Below, one piece after another: positions 49,701-61,415 of a DNA stretch of 64,000 bases. The stretch covers positions 62,001 through 126,000 of the forward strand of contig JAVECO010000030.1 in the NCBI GenBank assembly GCA_051942205.1. Reading direction: 5' to 3'. Each line of letters begins with the position of its first letter. Within the stretch, counting starts at the first letter, position 1. The position numbers and the translations under genes were made by a program. Origin of the DNA: Coniocarpon cinnabarinum. Lineage: Eukaryota. The notes under the pieces are model-generated. The model saw nothing but the letters and a program-made list of their open reading frames with translations. It was not told the origin of the DNA and did no database searches.

Positions 49701-52213
49701 GCGCCTCTGCGTTATCTGGCGCCTCCGGTTTGTCTTGCGGTCCTCCGTCAGTCGCGAGAATGCTCAGCGTGTCATTCATTACTCGATTCTGAACATGTAA
49801 TCGAATTTGTGGCCATAACTCAACGAGATGACGAGAAGCTGCATGCTGGAGTATTGTCGATGTACCCGGTCTTGAACCCAAGCAAAGCGACAACAGATAG
49901 TACACAGAGTCCTCGTCTCTAGGATGGACGGCGGTTACAAAAGCTTTTGCCAGCTGCTTGTGTTGAAGTTGTCGGATGTGAGACTGTTCAACCACTTGGG
50001 CGGACACCCACTCTTTGAATGGTTGAAGTAAGAATGCGGACCTAGGTCGACCGGACACCTTATTTACTTCAGTGACAATGCTCAACAGCTTGATCTTGAC
50101 GCATGGATCGGTGTTAAGATCTATGTGACTAACTAAGAGCTTATAAAGCTCTTCACGTTGTGCCGATTTGAGTCTCGTTTGAGATGATTTGCCAGCCTCT
50201 GTGTGGTCCGATGAACCATGCATGGCAGACTTAATCACTCGCTTGATATGCTCCGCATCGACGACGCATTCTTCAAGCTCGGAGACCAGAAAGTTGCTCA
50301 CGAAAGCACGCAACGTATTCGTTGACCAACATGGCAGAGAGTGTTCTTGCTTGCCCAACAAATGCCGGCTTGCCGATGTGGACAATGCTGTTGACTCTGG
50401 GTGTTTTGCAATTGCACGAACCATGCCAACCACAGCTAGCCGTACTTTTTGATCAGAATCACCGATAGCTGCGATCGATAAACCTACAAGACTATGGAGA
50501 TCTAGCTGTGTAGCTTTCGCACCACTTATGTGACTTGCAATCTCCTTTGCAGCCACGCGCCGCGCTGCAGCAGACAAGGAGCTACAAAGCACTCTCAAGT
50601 AAAGCGTCTCGCATAAGGCTGGTCGAGCTTTCCAAGCTGACAGATTTCGAAAGCCATCCAGGCCATGACGCGTTGTGCAGAGCTGCTCGAATGAACTCGC
50701 GAACGCGGAATACACATGATCCACTGGAGTGCTTAGAAATGAGTCCAGGTCAACCACTTTGGGAAGTGCAGCTAGCGTAGCTTCAACGTCGACAGATTGG
50801 TATGATCCACCTTTCAAGGATTCTTGAACCGACGGAGAACTCAAACGAGCGACCAGTTTCTTCGGAGAAGTCTTAACATCAAATCCGGGCCGGAAACTAT
50901 CTAGCAACGCGTTTTGCAGGTCGGACGACAGCGTCCGGCCCCCTGGGCTATCTTGGCTACCAGCGTAAATACCAACCAAGTCTGCACTAGTCAACACGTT
51001 CGCTGTTGATATCTCCCGGTAAAAGCTTTGTGCATCCGCTGAAGAAATTTGATCTGCGTACTGAAGTGAACCTTGAATCAGTCCGATTGCGAAAGCACGT
51101 ACATCCTGATGTACAGACAAAGCCTTCAGTTGACCAGCTAAATGATTATTTTGTAAGGCTTGCTTGACGGCCGCGGACGGAAGCGTATGTCGTTCCTTAC
51201 GTAATGAAATAGCTATGGCACATTCGAGTCCAGATTCAGTCGTCTTCGCGGACCAACTCGATACAACTGCCACCATCAGAGCATCTAAAGTAACTTCGTC
51301 GAGGTCCGTCTTAGAAACAAGTAATACTGTGATAAGATAGCAGCCAAGTGTACATTCGGGCACTTTTCGTAGTTTCAGCCCTTCGTCAATCACTGCCAGC
51401 GTCTGCAACAGCAGATCGTCTGTCCTCTCTCTCTGGACATGAGCTCGCCCAGATCGCGCCGAGCTGAGTCGAGTGTCGATTGCCTGTGCGGTGGCTGAGG
51501 CCCATAGTGACAGCAGCGCAGTGCTATGATATTGCAGCTTGCAGACTGAGAGAACATGGTCATTCAAGACGGTAAAGAAATTGGGATTGTGGATCGCTTG
51601 CTGCACGATAGCTGAGAGGGGAGGGGAGGTGAGGGTGTTCTTGTATGAATGTAAGAACTTGAATGCAGGCGGAAGCTGTTTTGGAAGGACGGACAGAACT
51701 GTAGGAAACAAGGTGCTTGTATGGTGGGGTAAGAATGCTAGAATGGTGGCGCTCGTGTTTAATTCATGGACTCTGCATTTTAGCGTCAGCATATCGTCGT
51801 CAAGTGGTCGTCTGACGAGAGTACCAAAAAAACACTAACCGAAAACGTCGCACAAGCCACTCGACAGCTTTGACAGCTGGCCTCAGGAGCAGACGACTAC
51901 TAACAAGAGCAAGGAAATTCTCGAGCACAAGGTCCAGATCCTTGCTTGCCTGGGCGGTCAATTGCATGCGGTCTTCGCTTCTGCTCTGCGGACTGAAAAG
52001 ACTACGGCTAAAGCGAAGAAACCGTCCATCAACGGCGCAAAGCTCCTCAAATCCCTGCAGACAGATTTGATAAAGCAAGTCCATGGACTGGGTAGATGCC
52101 ACAGCCGGATCGAACAGCAGGGACTGTGAGTGGGCAGTCTTGCGCGCCTTGAGATCGAGCTCATTATGGCTGTGGGAGGCGATGGCCGCCAGCTGCTTCT
52201 GTAGCGAAGTCAT
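46765..52213 (-). CDS. UTP10: U3 snoRNP protein Utp10/HEATR1; intron ~51774-51840
   Basis: MTSLQKQLAAI..SLLFD, EWLVRRFRVHE, FLPHH, HIP..RRL.LF and the BP28CT-like KVNDATFRPFF; ~1800 aa HEAT-repeat protein. Confidence 0.95.
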
Positions 52214-52460
52214 TCTGGCGCAGTTGGGCAATATCACATCATGTTGTGGGCCATCAACAGCAGTCCGAGGTTGTGTTCAATGCATCAACTACCTAGAATT
52301 TTGCAATGGCCTGACGGAGATTCCCGGGGCTGCCAAGACGGACATTGCGGAGCGAAGATACTCTGAACTTCGCTCACTGCTGGTGCCTTTCCTCTTTTCT
52401 CTCCAGGTAAGCGCACTGTGTCTTCCCAATCTCATTGTGCAAATAGCTAATCACTATCAG

Positions 52461-55400
52461 ATGCCTACGCCGGTACCCAAATTTCCGAGCTTCAAACGAC
52501 CGATTCAGACGGAGTCGGAGCAACATGGCCTCGACACTGCGGATCGAGGCGCCCGCAAACAGCGCCGGCGACCAGACGACCAACCCTTGCAATCACCGAC
52601 TCTTGAACTCTCGCGTCAAGCTCGGCGATCAGAAAAGAAAGGCCCTGTGTCTTCTGAGCGACGTGCGCCTAGCAGGTCGGTCTGTCCCCCACGACGCAGG
52701 GACCCGAACGATATCGGCGACGTAGTCAAGGACAGCCGTCAGCATTGGAAGGTCGATACCTCCGGCGACAGCGGCATCATCCAGTTTGGGGTTTCTGATC
52801 ACTCCAAAGTGCCGAAGTATCGCCTATACACACGACGATGTCTTGGCTTACCCGCACGGGAGACGCATCAAGAGATTCCAAACAAAATGCCAGGCTTAAG
52901 CCAGTATGATGCAGGGAAATTGAACAAGGACACGCAGTTTCTTACCGAATCTGATCTGAAAGTGTCTGCTGCGGATGTGGTGGGGTCAGACTTTGTCTCG
53001 TTGTCAGTGCTTGGGAAACGGAAAAGGAAAGCTCCGTCGCGGTCACAGTCTCCCCTGTCGAGCGGTTCTGTTATCACCCCTCTTCCTGACAATTGCTCAT
53101 CCGACTCCGACGTCTCTGACAACGGCATGGGAACCACAACACCCGATCATAGTCTGTTCCTGCGGCAAAAGCTTCATACACTTCAAGGTCGTACGCAGCT
53201 CTCTCCTCGCGAGCCATTTCCATGGGTGGATCTTGCTCGTTTTCAGGATGAATGGGTGAGTAATGGACTCCATGCTGCCGACGGCAACGAACATGGTATG
53301 TCATCGCGCGTTTCCGGCACCGTCTGTCGACTGAAAATCGCCATTCTTGAGGAGGGTTTGAAGCAGGTAGCGCGCTATGCCGCTGAAAATTTGCTGCTGG
53401 AGATCATGCCTGAGTACGTAGCAGTTCTTAACCAACAGGATCTGCTGCAGAAATGGAAGTCTCTTTCGGGTGCACACCTGGACGCGCATCGATTCTGGAT
53501 CAAGTATCTTCGTTTCATTCAGTTTGAGGCTCGCTGTAGCTTTGAGGCATGCCAGGCCGAATACGTGCGATATCTACAACATCTTTGCCAGTCAGTCACA
53601 GACGGCGAGACTTCGAACCGAATACTTGAAGTTTTCAGTCTCTACACTAGTTTTCATTTTCAAGCCGGATATACAGAACGCGCTGTTGCGATGTGGCAAG
53701 CAATGTTGGAGATACAAGTTTTTCGACCCGCATCTCTGAGCACACCTGACAATAAACCAATTAACATCCAGGCCCTTTCCAAGGCTTTTGAATCGTTCTG
53801 GCAGAGCAAAGCTCTTCGCGTCGGCGAGAAGGGCGCGCTTGGCTGGACACACTCAGAATCGAATTCTGGCCAACCACTCGCCGAGGTATCGCAGCGAACA
53901 GAAGCTCCTGTTTCTTCTATAAGTGAGTGGGCAGCGCAAGAGCAAAAGACCAAAGCAGATCACTTTCTGCCTGGTCGCGTCACTGGTGAGGACGGGGATC
54001 CGTTACATGTAGTTCTGTTTTCCGATCTCGAGCATTGCTTTCAGATCCTTGCTCTCCCCTTTGCAAGGCATGCCGTTTACAACACTTTTCTTTCGTTCTG
54101 TAACCTGCCGCCACTTGCCGCAACCACAAGCAACATCTTTGCTAAACGCACCGGGCCAGATCAGCTGTTTGTAGCAAGCGATGATTTGCTACACAGGCAG
54201 AGACGTCTTCATACAAGACCCTGTCTCCAAGCGATCAGCACTATGTTGCATAACCCAGATCCTACGCTTGAATTCGCTTGCAACGCTTTTGAGGCTATAG
54301 CAGCAGAGGTGCCGAGCGATCGAGCTCTGGTGGAGCAAAGTATTCTGTTGGATAGCATGCTGTCCGTAAAACGTGCGCGAAAATTTATCAAGGGTCTCCT
54401 CAAAGCCCATGCGTCTGATTTGTGGCTATACAATCAACTTGCTCGGCTGGAAATTAGGCAAAATAATCTTCTCGAGACGGATCGAATCTGTTCCATCGCC
54501 CTCGGCACTGACCCTGGTGATTCTAACAAATATCCGAATCACGGGTGTCTGCTTTTACGACACACCTGGGCTTGGTCAGCGTTGCGTCAAGCGCGGCTAG
54601 AGGAGGCTTTGAGACGATTGATCATGGCAAATTCCGTGCATTCAGGACCTCCCGAAGAGAGGGAGACATTGATCGCATTTGAGAGGGTCATGGAACGTGC
54701 AATTGCTGCGCATCAGGCGCCAACAGACGACTCCGAAGGTTTGGCACTTTACTTCGAGATTCTGGCTCTACTGGCTTATCTCCCCGCACATCAGACGACC
54801 TCTGACGCCCCGGAGTGCGCTCGGCCCAGTCTTGATAGAGCACTACAGAGATACGAGCAGCTTTTCCGTAATGACGACTCGCTCGCGTCCATCGTCGTAT
54901 GGCAAATTCATGTCAGACGTGCGCAACTCGTTGATTTTCACCTTAGCCACTATGGCCGTGCCTTCGTGCCAGGCGTCCTCCGGAGCCTTCTCGATGCCCT
55001 GCACCGCTCGACTGATATGTATCCTCAGGATCTTTACTTTCATGAAGTGTTACACAAGATCTTGCCGGCAACCGACCGAATTCGTGCGCTTCTACCATCT
55101 GCTGGCGCCAGGTTGCGCGAACCATCTACTCTCACCAAGTGGGCAACGTCGATCTACCACGAGATGCAACGCAGCTCTGATCGGAGCGGAACGCAGACTG
55201 TCGTGAGGCGACAGTTTGAACGAGCGACAGCGAGCGAGCATGGCAAGCATTGTCCTGTGTTGTGGGCTTGGTGGATGCGATGGGAGTTCTCAGTGGTCCG
55301 GGACCAGCTCAAACAAAAAGACCAGTGGCCCGAAGCCGAACGCTGTGCGACGGAGCGATGCAGGCAGTCGCTGAGTCGAGTGCACGAGGTATGGTTGAGA

Positions 55401-55559
55401 GGATGGCAAGCTCTCCCACTTGTAGTCGATTGGCCTGTCCTCGCGTTCAAAACGCTGGGCGACTTCATGGAGGCAATCGAGGTCAGGGCCATTTTTGAGT
55501 CCGTAGAGATGCGTGGCCTTAGACTCGGCCTTGATCCGGTCTTGCTCGGCTTGTTCTAG
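52461..55559 (+). CDS. NRDE2: NRDE-2/Nrl1-like nuclear RNAi/spliceosome-associated HAT protein
   Basis: VPKFPSFK, VDT.GD..I.FG....VPKY, QAGYTERAVAMWQAMLE and FESFWQS...RVGEKGALGW motifs. Confidence 0.85.
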   Translation: MPTPVPKFPSFKRPIQTESEQHGLDTADRGARKQRRRPDDQPLQSPTLELSRQARRSEKKGPVSSERRAPSRSVCPPRRRDPNDIGDVVKDSRQHWKVDTSGDSGIIQFGVSDHSKVPKYRLYTRRCLGLPARETHQEIPNKMPGLSQYDAGKLNKDTQFLTESDLKVSAADVVGSDFVSLSVLGKRKRKAPSRSQSPLSSGSVITPLPDNCSSDSDVSDNGMGTTTPDHSLFLRQKLHTLQGRTQLSPREPFPWVDLARFQDEWVSNGLHAADGNEHGMSSRVSGTVCRLKIAILEEGLKQVARYAAENLLLEIMPEYVAVLNQQDLLQKWKSLSGAHLDAHRFWIKYLRFIQFEARCSFEACQAEYVRYLQHLCQSVTDGETSNRILEVFSLYTSFHFQAGYTERAVAMWQAMLEIQVFRPASLSTPDNKPINIQALSKAFESFWQSKALRVGEKGALGWTHSESNSGQPLAEVSQRTEAPVSSISEWAAQEQKTKADHFLPGRVTGEDGDPLHVVLFSDLEHCFQILALPFARHAVYNTFLSFCNLPPLAATTSNIFAKRTGPDQLFVASDDLLHRQRRLHTRPCLQAISTMLHNPDPTLEFACNAFEAIAAEVPSDRALVEQSILLDSMLSVKRARKFIKGLLKAHASDLWLYNQLARLEIRQNNLLETDRICSIALGTDPGDSNKYPNHGCLLLRHTWAWSALRQARLEEALRRLIMANSVHSGPPEERETLIAFERVMERAIAAHQAPTDDSEGLALYFEILALLAYLPAHQTTSDAPECARPSLDRALQRYEQLFRNDDSLASIVVWQIHVRRAQLVDFHLSHYGRAFVPGVLRSLLDALHRSTDMYPQDLYFHEVLHKILPATDRIRALLPSAGARLREPSTLTKWATSIYHEMQRSSDRSGTQTVVRRQFERATASEHGKHCPVLWAWWMRWEFSVVRDQLKQKDQWPEAERCATERCRQSLSRVHEVWLRGWQALPLVVDWPVLAFKTLGDFMEAIEVRAIFESVEMRGLRLGLDPVLLGLF

Positions 55560-55580
55560 CTGTGATTCATATTCAAAGAG

Positions 55581-57561
55581 TTACAAGATTCGCATGCCAC
55601 AACACTCGACGCTCTTGCTTTGTACAAAGACCTCCGTTTCCAAATACGTCCGAGCGAGTCCTTGCACGAAAACACGATCACTGGGACTCCATATATCCAG
55701 GCCCATTTTAATCAGGTCGTCCTTCAACACTGCGCCATCATTTTGATCATTGTTTCCCGGACTTGAATCCCCGGTGTCGTTGCCATTATTGCCCGGAGAC
55801 CTACTGGGAGCCACCTCCATGAGTGCTTGAAGCATCACCGTCGTTATTCGATGAAAGTACGCCACCACGCTCGCTTCGAAACTTCCGCTCTCGTCTGTAG
55901 AATCAATCATGTTTACCTTCGTGCTCGTGCGGCGGCTACAATGTCGAGACGACGGTGGCACGTCAGAAAATGTAGCGTCAAGTAGATCTTGGTCAAAGTT
56001 TCGCTCTTCCCGGAAGTCTGCATCTCGCTCGCCTGCAGAGGCCCACCAAATGAAGCTGTCGTAGGCAATTGCAGCCCAAGAAACAGGTTCGACAGTGGAG
56101 GCTTCACCTTCGACTGTATACATAGAAGGATCAGGCTCTGTAGCATCTTCCCCTTGCATCAACCCACTTGAAGCGTCGCCTAAGGATGCGCCCTCGCTGC
56201 TTTCGCCGTCATCTTCGTAGCGTTGCGAAAGCCCGTCATCCTTGAATAGAGAGGTGACTCGTGTTTGAAGGGCTTTGTAGTGATATAAGTCTCTTTGTGT
56301 GGCCCGAATTGGGTTCCCATCGCTCTTCGTGATAGTGGGCCATCCGTAAGTGTTGTTTTGATGGGAATAGCGGGAAAGTTCGACTTTAATGTCGAAAAGA
56401 TCAGTCTTGGTGGCCAGAAGCTCCTCTGACGAGCAAGCAACCCAACCATTATAGCCAATTTGCTGCAGGCAGGTTTTCAAACCTGGAATGTCGTGAAGGA
56501 CTATGGAAAACAACGGTTCCATCTCATGCGATTCCATGATGTCGGAGAACGCTAGTGGCAAGCCTGAAATAATTGATAAAATATAGACAAAGTGGCAGGC
56601 CCTCCTAATGGAAAAAGATCATCAGCACAAACGTTCCAAGGCTTCAGTGCTTTGCCCAAACGCATGCGGGTTGGCATCACCCCCTAAGCATGTCAAGGGC
56701 GGGCCAAAAGGCCTTGTAAGTCAACGGTGTGTTCTCACGTACTGAAGAGGTGGCCTCTGTATGAAGAGAATCCGTTTCCGCAGCAAACCTTGTCGATACA
56801 ATGGGAAAACCAAGGGGCCGAACGTGTGCAAGAAAAGTGACACTGACTGGGCAGGATGCCAATGAGACGGTAGGACAGGTGGCACAGAATTCGAAAGACC
56901 CCGCTGCCTTCTTACAACGCGTTTGGAGCTTTGAGCACTGCCATTGTTAGAATCTAGGGCTGGAGAATCCGGTTGTAGAGACTGTTGCTCATGGAACGTG
57001 CTCCAGTAATCCTCGAGCACCTGGAGTGCCTCAGCATCTAGCAAGGACTCATGTGTGGCTTGAGACGTTGCGTCACCCCCTACAGACGCCCTAACACGAT
57101 GGCACAATGACTGCAGGCCTGGTGCATGAAGCCATAGCTTACTCAGCCTGCCGGATCTAGTTGTTAGGGCTGTAACCGAATAGAAAGAGGCACCGCGTCC
57201 AGTCGATGCACCAGGCGAGTTTTCGAAGGCGCTGATGCCTGCCTGGCCATCATGAATGAAGTAGCTGACAAGATTCTGTGTTAGCAGCGACGACATCCTT
57301 CAGCCACACAAGCTGAAGACTCACATGATATCAGAATCAGTGTGGTGAAGGCCCGAGGGCAGCGCTTTAAACTCTAAGCCTTCGCTGAGCTGCACTACAA
57401 CATGCATATCAGGAGCTAAATCATCTTCTCTGGGTCACGTCGTACGCACAGTCTTGTCTGGTCCTTTGCCAGACTACAGAATTTCCACGTCGGTGATCAA
57501 AGCAGACGACAGCTAAGGCAGACAATGGGGGAGGTGAATTATGTTGATTCTCAGTGGCCAT
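55581..57561 (-). CDS. DENN-related (DUF4484/DUF2347-type) protein, multi-exon
   Basis: N-terminal FDHRRG, LEFKALPSGLH, FGPLVFPLYR..LLRKRIL, GWVACSSE, ATQRD, AYDSFIWWASAGE and a terminal CaaX-like CCGMRIL. Confidence 0.75.
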
Positions 57562-58092
57562 CATCATGCGTAAAGAATGACTGAAGCTAGGACTTGCGAC
57601 ATGTCTTTGGTAAGAAGCTGCGATTGAAGATTTGATGCAAGCGTCTTCTGTGTCTTCATTGCGGCAAGGATGCGGGGTGTCCCATCAAGGATTCAAGTGT
57701 GTGGGAATCGATATTCCACTAGGGACGGGAATATGGATGCGAACTTCACGATCAAACGCACGTTAAATTGCAACTTTACGGCGTCTAACGTCCGCACAAA
57801 GCGGAATAACACAGCGCTTTTGACTCAATCATCTTGAACTGCGTTGCCGTTGATGGTGCGTGGTCCGCAGCAGTAGTGCCAAATAAGGCAGCCAAGGATT
57901 TTGTTTGTTTGCATTGAGTCTCCAGTGTCATTCGGGAACCGTCACGTCGCCTTCCAGCAACACTCTTTGTAGAGTGTTCCAGGTCGACACGGCTCTATTC
58001 CATCACACGCTGCTTCAAGGCGATTGCATCTTGCCGGGTCTTTTGTGTCTGCAGTGCTGTCCGTTGTCCCGGCTGCAACGCAGCTCTTCAAG

Positions 58093-59567
58093 ATGGATAT
58101 CAACGTAAACAACGCCATATCCCTTCATCCTTATCCTGCCATGATATCGCACGAATCCACTCCAACCCATCAGACTTCTGCTGCTCGCCACGCCGCTCTG
58201 GATAGAGCTGGCACTAGTACCGCGTTGGAGGCCGAAAATGTTGAGGAAGAGCCTGCCACCCGCCGGAGCATGGTCAGCGCGGACGACGAAGAGCTTGAGC
58301 GTCAGCCACAACCCAGTTACAATAGAGAAAACGATCCACTACTCCTGTCTTCGAGACAAAAGAGGCCTGACGAGATTTCCGACATCCGCAAAAACATATC
58401 TCGCCGCAACAGTTTGGTCGGCACACTAAATCTGAGCAAAGAGGCTGCAAAGGCGAAGAGGGTGTGCGATTTCTATGAGGAGCAAAATAAGAACATCGTT
58501 CGCTTGTTGAAGCCTGTCGAGCTTCACAGGAAGGAAGCCAAAGACTTGAGCGAGAGCAACGCGCTGCGCTACAAAATTGCTGTTCACGCGAGTTTTGCAG
58601 CCAATATCTGCCTTGCGATTCTGCAGCTCTACGGCGCAATCTCATCAGGATCGCTCTCGCTATTCACTACCATGGCCGATGCACTTTTCGACCCTATGTC
58701 GAATCTCACGCTGCTGCTGTGCAACAGGGCGGTGAAAAACGTCAACCCGCGCAAGTTTCCTGCAAGTCTATCGTGTACGAGAAGACACGACGGCTGCTAA
58801 CTGTATTACCTAGCAAGGAAAAGCCCGCATCGAGACCGCCGGCAACATCTCCTTCTGCTTTCTGATGTGTGCAGTGTCGTTGGTTTTGGTGGTGCTGTCT
58901 GCTAGAGAGATCGCTCAGGGGTCCCCGACACTTACCACACCCTTCCACTTGCCGTCCATCATTGCAATCTCGATCGCTCTCATTCTAAAGTTGTCGTTGT
59001 TTTTCTATTGTTATCCTCTCCGCCATCAATATTCCCAGGTGGAGATCTTGTGGGAAGATCAGTAAGTCTTTTCAATGGTTACAGTGTCGCACTCAATGGA
59101 AGGTCTCTAACAATGCACGCAGTCGCAACGACATCATTATCAATGGTGTTGGCCTTTGCACATCCATCCTGGGCAGCAAGATAAGGTGGTATATTGATCC
59201 AATAGGCGCGATTTGCTTAGCGCTTTTGATCATTACGCTTTGGCTAAGGACCGCCGTTGCCGAATTCCAGCTGCTTGTCGGAGTGACGGCCAATACTGCC
59301 ATTCTCCAGCACATCACGTACATCTCAATGACGCACTCGCCCAATGTGAAATCTCTGGACACGGTCCGGGCTTGGCACTCTGGCCCGAGGCTGATTGTCG
59401 AGGTAGATATTGTCATGAACGCGGATGACACACTGCGGTTCACGCATGACGTCGCTGAAGAGCTGCAGACGAAGCTGGAGAACCTGCCAAACGTCGATCG
59501 AGCTTACGTTCATGTCGACTATGAAACCGATCATGCCCCCGAACATTTCTTGAAGAAGGAGCTGTAG
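58093..59567 (+). CDS. Cation diffusion facilitator transporter (MTP/Mn-CDF-like)
   Basis: FYEEQN, SLSLFTTMADALFDP, WYIDPIGAI and HDVAEELQTKLE..VDRAYVHVDYE motifs. Confidence 0.9.
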
Positions 59568-60441
59568 AGGGCGCAGGTGCTAAAGAACAGTGGACCGCAG
59601 TCAAACTTCAAGGGCTTGCAGCCCCGTCAGGAACACCTCAAAAACTACAGGTGCCCGGTGTTCAAAGTCAAGCTTCTTGCCTACCCAGGTAGGTTAAGGT
59701 AGCGTCAACGTCTTAATAATCCTAACCTCCAATGCATCTCCACTGTCAGTCGGCGCCTCATGAGCACCGTCAGCTGTCTAGTTGCCTCCAATCTCGTCGC
59801 TGTGCTCAGTGAGGTGAGGTTAAGCATGAATGTAAAGGGTTTAGTGCCGACAGCTGAGCACCCTAGCACGCACGTAGGGTCCGTTTCACGTCATCCAATC
59901 AGTGGGCGCTTATCCCTCGGCGCAAGCGCCCACCACCCTCCGCATCTTACTATGATCTGGGAGCGTGACCGAGCAAGGTTGCTGTCAGTCCAGTCATCTA
60001 CAGTGCCCACCTCCCGTAAGCGCTCGTTCCACCAGCTCTGGCCCTAGATTGAACGTGTTTCATCCTCGCAGAGCTCCATGACCACTCGCACCATGGCAGT
60101 CCCCGTGAGTCTTTTACTCTACGGGCGCTTGTTCGTCTCGCATGTTTCTCATCACGGGAAGAAATCGCGATTGATGCGAAAAAAAAAAAAAGCAATGAGC
60201 GTTTCCAGAAAAGTTATCATATACTGGACAATTGTGTTCTGGCAAGCCATGCCAAAAACACGCTTTAAAACACGCCAGGACAGCTACTTCTGAGCACCTA
60301 ACTCATCCTCACGAGTTTTAGAAGCCCACGGTTTCCTTTTGTCCATTCTTTTCTGCTCAATAATTTTCAAGTCTCTGGTCAGGGCTCCTTGTCACGGGTT
60401 TCCCATAATCGTCTGGACGATAAACAGTGTCCGCTAGACAA

Positions 60442-61313
60442 GATGCTTGCGACGGCTTTCTTTTGCTTCATTTCTCTGTTTGCTTTCGTTGCTGCTGTTC
60501 CAACAGCCTCGGTGCAGCCCAGGCAAGATTCCGACTTCTTCGAGCCCGCCTCGAGCACGTTGGATGCGTCATTAGTCGAGGCAAGAGGAGCGCATTGGCA
60601 CGGCCACCAGGGTGACTCGAATGATGAAGACGATCTCTGTGATCTGAGCTCTGTGAGCTTACCATCAAGCAGTACGTGATGCCAGACGGAACGTCGATCA
60701 TCGCTCAGTATATACTGATAATAAGCCAGCCTCCTCACCCCTACCATCGCCAAGCGGCACTCTCACACACGTTGCTGTCGGGAGAGGCACCCAAAATTAC
60801 ACGTGCGACCCGTCGAACCCACAGGCGTCGCCCTCAGCGGTCGGTGCGGTCGCCAATCTATACGACGCGTCTTGTGCCGTAGGTCAGCATGGTTTCGTCA
60901 GATCCTGGCTTCCTTCAATCGCATTGCAGTTTCCCCAGGCGTCGGCAGACTCCGACGATGCGCTGATGGGTATGAAACTACTGGGTCACCACTACTTCGT
61001 CGACCCGTCGTCCCCATCGCCAGCATTCAATCTTGACACCAGCAATGGCGATGCCGGCTACGTCAACGTGAAGTCAGGATCCAAGGTTTCTGCCCCAAGC
61101 GGCGCGCCTGTGGGTCAGAGCGGCCAGGGTTTTGGTGCGGTCCCTTGGCTGTCATTACCGCAGAAAAGCGGTCCACAAGGTGCTCCCGGCCAACAGAGCT
61201 TCAGCTCCGTCTATCGAGTCAACACTGCAGGTGGCCAATCACCTAGCAGCTGTGAGAACATGCCTAGCGCGTTTGAGATCCAGTACGCTGCCGAATATTG
61301 GTTTTACAAATGA
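60442..61313 (+). CDS. Secreted DUF3455-family protein
   Basis: Signal peptide; GRGTQNYTC, GHHYF, AVPWL.L, VYRVNTAGG and YAAEYWFY motifs. Confidence 0.85.
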
Positions 61314-61415
61314 GCATGCCTTACTATGCGCGAGGCTAGTCCAAGAACAGTGGTCAGCAGTATTCTAATATTGTACAATACATGCCATCATTACAAATGA
61401 TGTACAAGAGACGGG

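Noticed and set aside
52083..52460. N-terminal extension of the 1158-aa ORF
   Set aside because: It partly overlaps UTP10 exon 1 antisense; family-like sequence starts at ATG 52461.
56605..56742. Possible element remnant in a 138-nt intron (ACAAGGC..GGCAAAGCACT at similar spacing)
   Set aside because: Only the two short ends match, which cannot be distinguished from chance by eye.
60179..60191. Poly-A run as a retroelement tail
   Set aside because: Short homopolymer with no TSD or associated element.
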